DNA from: Escherichia phage T4
Direction: 5' to 3' (one strand)
Sequence record: MZ375356.1
Length of the DNA: 64,000 nt
This document shows, in pieces, positions 60,633 through 64,000 of the stretch. A program made the position numbers and the translations under genes. Within the stretch, counting starts at the first letter, position 1; every line of letters begins with the position of its first letter. The notes below the pieces were generated by a model. The model did no database searches. It saw nothing but the letters and a program-made list of their open reading frames with translations, and had not been told where the DNA came from.

Positions 60633-60698
60633 GTTATCGAGTTGGTGCCATTATATACATCATTTTCTGATTGTGTTTTGTGTGCTTTCAAAATGAAG

Positions 60699-60717
60699 AA
60701 AGGGGCCGAAGCCCCTT
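60699..60717 (-). terminator. stem-loop aggggccgaagcccct followed by T-rich tract on minus strand
   Basis: Directly abuts the stop of the truncated hoc frame. Confidence 0.5.
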
Positions 60718-61271
60718 ATGATAATGATACTTCATTAGAAGTAACGCTTAGTGCATCATAATCTGTCGCGGTTACTTGGGCTACGCATTTAATTCTTTTT
60801 ACTCCACTTGTAGTTGGAGTATAGCTAAATGTAGAGTTAGTTTCTCCACCAACTTGTGAATCATCTACATACCACTGATACGTAGCAGATGCTCCATCAG
60901 GTTGAGAAGCTAAGGCAGCAGTAAATTGAACTGGGGTTCCAATCACTCCAGCCGCAGGACTAGCAGGAGTTACGGCTAAGGTAGTCGTCTGTGTCTTATT
61001 TTTAACTGTGATAGTTGTTGTCGCTTCAGCCGTTTCCGGGCCTCCTTCAGAAAGTGTATTTGTTGCAACTACTTTAATAGTCTTTTGACCGGCAGGTCCT
61101 TTTAGCATAACTAAAAGTTGCTTCAGCTCCATCTTGTGGAACATTATCTACGCTCCAAGCATATGTAATAGTTCCGCCTCCAGTTTGACCACTGGGTGTA
61201 GCAGTAAACTGCTTAGTTTCATCAATAACCCCTGTAGGTGTTTTAGGAGTTATATCAACTGTAAAAGTCAT
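60716..61271 (-). pseudogene. hoc: hoc (outer capsid decoration protein) remnant: frameshift after about codon 55 and loss of the C-terminal half
   Basis: ORF 61074..61271 MTFTVDITPKTPTGVIDETKQFTATPSGQ...EATFSY then frame change; ORF 60716..61144 resumes ...LKGPAGQKTIKVVATNTL... and stops after the second Ig-like domain; span 556 nt versus about 1.1 kb expected. Confidence 0.6.
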
Positions 61272-61280
61272 AAGTTATCC

Positions 61281-61961
61281 TTATTTTAATGTTACGAAAG
61301 AAGAGTTGCGTGTTTCACGAATTAAAACTGATCCATCGCGATTAATGTAATAAATTAAGCTAAATAAAGTTTGGTGTGCTGACGCATGTTCAAAACTAGT
61401 TGGGTGAGATTTCCAATCAGGAGTTTCAGCAATCCATTGATAAATCCACCAAGGAACAGTACAGAATCCTGGATTTTTTCCAATCAGTTGAAGATTCGGA
61501 CTAAAGTTTTCCGGAAGAGTAAATACAGACGGCTTTTCAGATTCAATAATCTCAGCTACAGCCTGTTCGAATTTTTCTTCAACAAAAGGAGTATCTTCAA
61601 TCAAAACATCGGTATTTTCAGGAATTTTATCCGTTTCTACTACTTCAATTTTAATGTCAGATTTAATCGGAGAATCAATCAGAAGTGCTGCTTCTGGATT
61701 GACTTCTTCATCGTCATATTTTAATCCCTCTGCGGCATCAGCAGCATCAATTAAGTCTTTAATAGATAACCCATCAGTCTCTGGCATAGGTTCACTAGCG
61801 AGCTTCTGGAGGGCTTCTTCAATATCAACAACGATATTATCAAAAGATTTATTCTTTTTGACCTTTATACCAAACTGTTCAGCATATTCAGCTAATTTAG
61901 CTTTAGCTTCTTTGTTATCATCAAGAGCCTTCAGCTCTGCAATATAATCTTTATCTATCAT
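61281..61961 (-). CDS. inh: Inh, inhibitor of prohead protease
   Basis: 226-aa ORF in the T4 inh position. Confidence 0.8.
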   Translation of the reverse strand: MIDKDYIAELKALDDNKEAKAKLAEYAEQFGIKVKKNKSFDNIVVDIEEALQKLASEPMPETDGLSIKDLIDAADAAEGLKYDDEEVNPEAALLIDSPIKSDIKIEVVETDKIPENTDVLIEDTPFVEEKFEQAVAEIIESEKPSVFTLPENFSPNLQLIGKNPGFCTVPWWIYQWIAETPDWKSHPTSFEHASAHQTLFSLIYYINRDGSVLIRETRNSSFVTLK

Positions 61962-62009
61962 AATATTTCCTCAGTATAAATATAGATTATTTATTACTCG
62001 GAAAATAGT

Positions 62010-62628
62010 ATGTACCACTTTGTATATGAAACAACAAATCTAATAAATGGTAAAAAGTATATAGGAAAGCACTCTACTGATGACTTGAATGATGGTTACC
62101 TTGGTTCCGGTAAGGCAATTCAGCAGGCTATAAAGAAATATGGTGAAAACAATTTCTCTAGAACAATACTAAAAGAGTTTAAAACTTCCGAAGAAGCGTA
62201 CATGTATGAAGAAGAAATTATAACTCCTGAACTAATAAAAAGCAAAAATTATAATATGAAACCTGGTGGAATTGGTGGAATTGGTGGAATTGTTATGACT
62301 ACAGATGTTATAGCAAAGATGAAAGAATCTTCCGCTAAAAGATTTGAAAACTCACCGGGCACGGTATTAGGTAAAACTTGTTACTAATGGAACTAAAAAT
62401 ATTTTTATTAAACCTGGAGAACTTGTTCCAGAAGGATTTGTAAAAGGGATGGTTCATCCTAATAGAAAGTCCAGAAAAGGATGTAAAGTCAAACCGACTA
62501 CCACAGGAACTTTTTGGGTCAATAATGGCGCAAAATAAATTAATACAACCAGACGGTATTATTCCCGACGGATTTATTAAAGGTCGTCTCATGAAAAGAG
62601 ATTCTAAAGGCAAATTTAGTAAGGCAAT
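62010..62628 (+). pseudogene. segE: segE-like GIY-YIG homing endonuclease; intact catalytic-domain ORF (62010..62387), C-terminal region frameshifted
   Basis: MYHFVYETTNLINGKKYIGKHSTDDLNDGYLGSG...KPGGIGGIGG; after the stop, Seg-type C-terminal motifs (PEGFVKG, TGTFWVNNG, PDGFIKGR) appear in two other frames. Confidence 0.55.
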
Positions 62629-62629
62629 T

Positions 62630-64000
62630 ATGGATATTAAAGTACATTTTCACGACTTCAGTCATGTACGCATCGATTGTGAAGAGAGCACGTTCCACGA
62701 ATTAAGAGATTTCTTTTCGTTTGAGGCCGATGGATATAGATTTAATCCTCGCTTCAGATATGGCAACTGGGATGGACGAATCCGTCTTTTAGATTATAAT
62801 CGTCTTCTTCCATTCGGCTTAGTCGGGCAAATTAAAAAATTCTGTGATAATTTTGGCTATAAAGCCTGGATTGACCCACAAATTAACGAAAAAGAAGAAT
62901 TATCAAGAAAAGATTTTGATGAATGGCTTTCTAAATTAGAAATCTATTCAGGAAATAAAAGAATTGAACCGCACTGGTATCAAAAAGATGCAGTGTTCGA
63001 AGGATTAGTTAATCGTCGTAGAATTCTTAATCTTCCAACATCTGCAGGTAAATCTTTAATTCAAGCTTTGCTTGCGCGATATTATTTGGAAAATTATGAA
63101 GGTAAAATTCTTATCATTGTTCCAACAACTGCTCTGACAACTCAGATGGCTGATGACTTCGTCGACTATCGTTTATTCAGCCATGCAATGATAAAGAAAA
63201 TTGGTGGCGGAGCATCAAAAGATGATAAATATAAAAATGATGCACCAGTCGTTGTTGGTACATGGCAAACTGTAGTAAAACAACCGAAAGAATGGTTCTC
63301 ACAGTTTGGAATGATGATGAATGATGAATGCCATCTTGCTACAGGAAAAAGTATTTCATCTATCATATCAGGTTTAAATAACTGCATGTTCAAATTCGGT
63401 TTGTCTGGTTCATTACGTGATGGCAAAGCCAATATCATGCAGTATGTTGGAATGTTTGGTGAAATATTTAAACCAGTAACGACTTCTAAATTAATGGAAG
63501 ATGGACAAGTAACTGAGCTAAAAATTAATAGTATTTTTCTTCGCTATCCCGATGAGTTCACTACTAAATTAAAGGGAAAAACTTACCAAGAAGAAATAAA
63601 AATTATTACTGGGCTTAGTAAAAGAAATAAATGGATCGCTAAATTAGCTATTAAGCTTGCGCAAAAAGATGAAAACGCTTTTGTCATGTTTAAACATGTA
63701 TCGCATGGTAAAGCTATTTTCGATTTAATTAAAAATGAATACGATAAAGTTTATTACGTATCAGGGGAAGTTGATACCGAAACCCGCAATATAATGAAAA
63801 CCTTAGCTGAAAATGGTAAAGGAATAATTATAGTAGCTAGTTATGGTGTATTTTCTACTGGTATTTCAGTTAAAAATCTGCATCACGTTGTTTTAGCGCA
63901 CGGTGTTAAATCAAAAATCATTGTATTACAAACAATCGGTCGTGTATTACGTAAGCATGGTTCTAAGACAATAGCAACAGTCTGGGACCTCATAGATGAC
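62630..64000 (+). CDS. uvsW: UvsW helicase, 5' part (457 codons); continues beyond window end
   Basis: MDIKVHFHDFSHVRIDCEESTFHELRDFFSFEADGYRF... recognised as T4 UvsW; Walker A LPTSAGKS; no stop before 64000; absent from the ORF track because it is incomplete. Confidence 0.85.
   Translation, partial: MDIKVHFHDFSHVRIDCEESTFHELRDFFSFEADGYRFNPRFRYGNWDGRIRLLDYNRLLPFGLVGQIKKFCDNFGYKAWIDPQINEKEELSRKDFDEWLSKLEIYSGNKRIEPHWYQKDAVFEGLVNRRRILNLPTSAGKSLIQALLARYYLENYEGKILIIVPTTALTTQMADDFVDYRLFSHAMIKKIGGGASKDDKYKNDAPVVVGTWQTVVKQPKEWFSQFGMMMNDECHLATGKSISSIISGLNNCMFKFGLSGSLRDGKANIMQYVGMFGEIFKPVTTSKLMEDGQVTELKINSIFLRYPDEFTTKLKGKTYQEEIKIITGLSKRNKWIAKLAIKLAQKDENAFVMFKHVSHGKAIFDLIKNEYDKVYYVSGEVDTETRNIMKTLAENGKGIIIVASYGVFSTGISVKNLHHVVLAHGVKSKIIVLQTIGRVLRKHGSKTIATVWDLIDD

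Overview
This window is a contiguous block of a T4-type myovirus genome (Tequatrovirus-like). Coordinates 1-27.9 kb carry minus-strand early/middle genes: gene 47 (5' end), alpha-glucosyltransferase, sigma factor gp55, nrdH, endonuclease VII (49), nrdC, a long run of small uncharacterised early ORFs, rI, tk, regB, an internal protein, lysozyme e, an 8-tRNA cluster with tRNA-like stable RNAs, ipI, 57B (Acb1-type 2H phosphoesterase), 57A, 1, 3, 2 and 4. Coordinates 27.9-57 kb carry the plus-strand late structural operons: 53, 5, 5.1, 5.4, 6-12, wac, 13-15, terminase 16/17, 18, 19, portal 20, 67, 68, 21, 22 and major capsid 23. The window ends with gene 24, rnlB, hoc, inh, a segE-like gene and the 5' part of uvsW. 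All long essential genes are intact at the lengths I expect for T4 (from memory). The main observation is that many non-essential genes are broken: five homing-endonuclease genes (one HNH mob-like, four GIY-YIG seg-like), the anaerobic ribonucleotide reductase pair nrdD/nrdG (truncated and fused), hoc (frameshifted and C-terminally truncated), nudE (in-frame TGA), a macro-domain-like gene and at least one further small gene. I cannot tell from sequence alone whether these are genuine pseudogenes/deletions or indel errors; the contrast with about 30 kb of unbroken late genes argues for real lesions. No CRISPR array, integrase or obviously novel multi-gene defence system was found; the best candidates for unexplored biology are the uncharacterised early-gene island at 8.8-15.3 kb (including a P-loop ATPase) and the residual DNA-binding-domain ORF of a decayed GIY-YIG gene inside the baseplate operon. 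Product names and T4 gene lengths are from memory, not database searches. Coordinates of RNAs, promoters, terminators and pseudogene boundaries were derived by hand and may be off by 1-3 nt.
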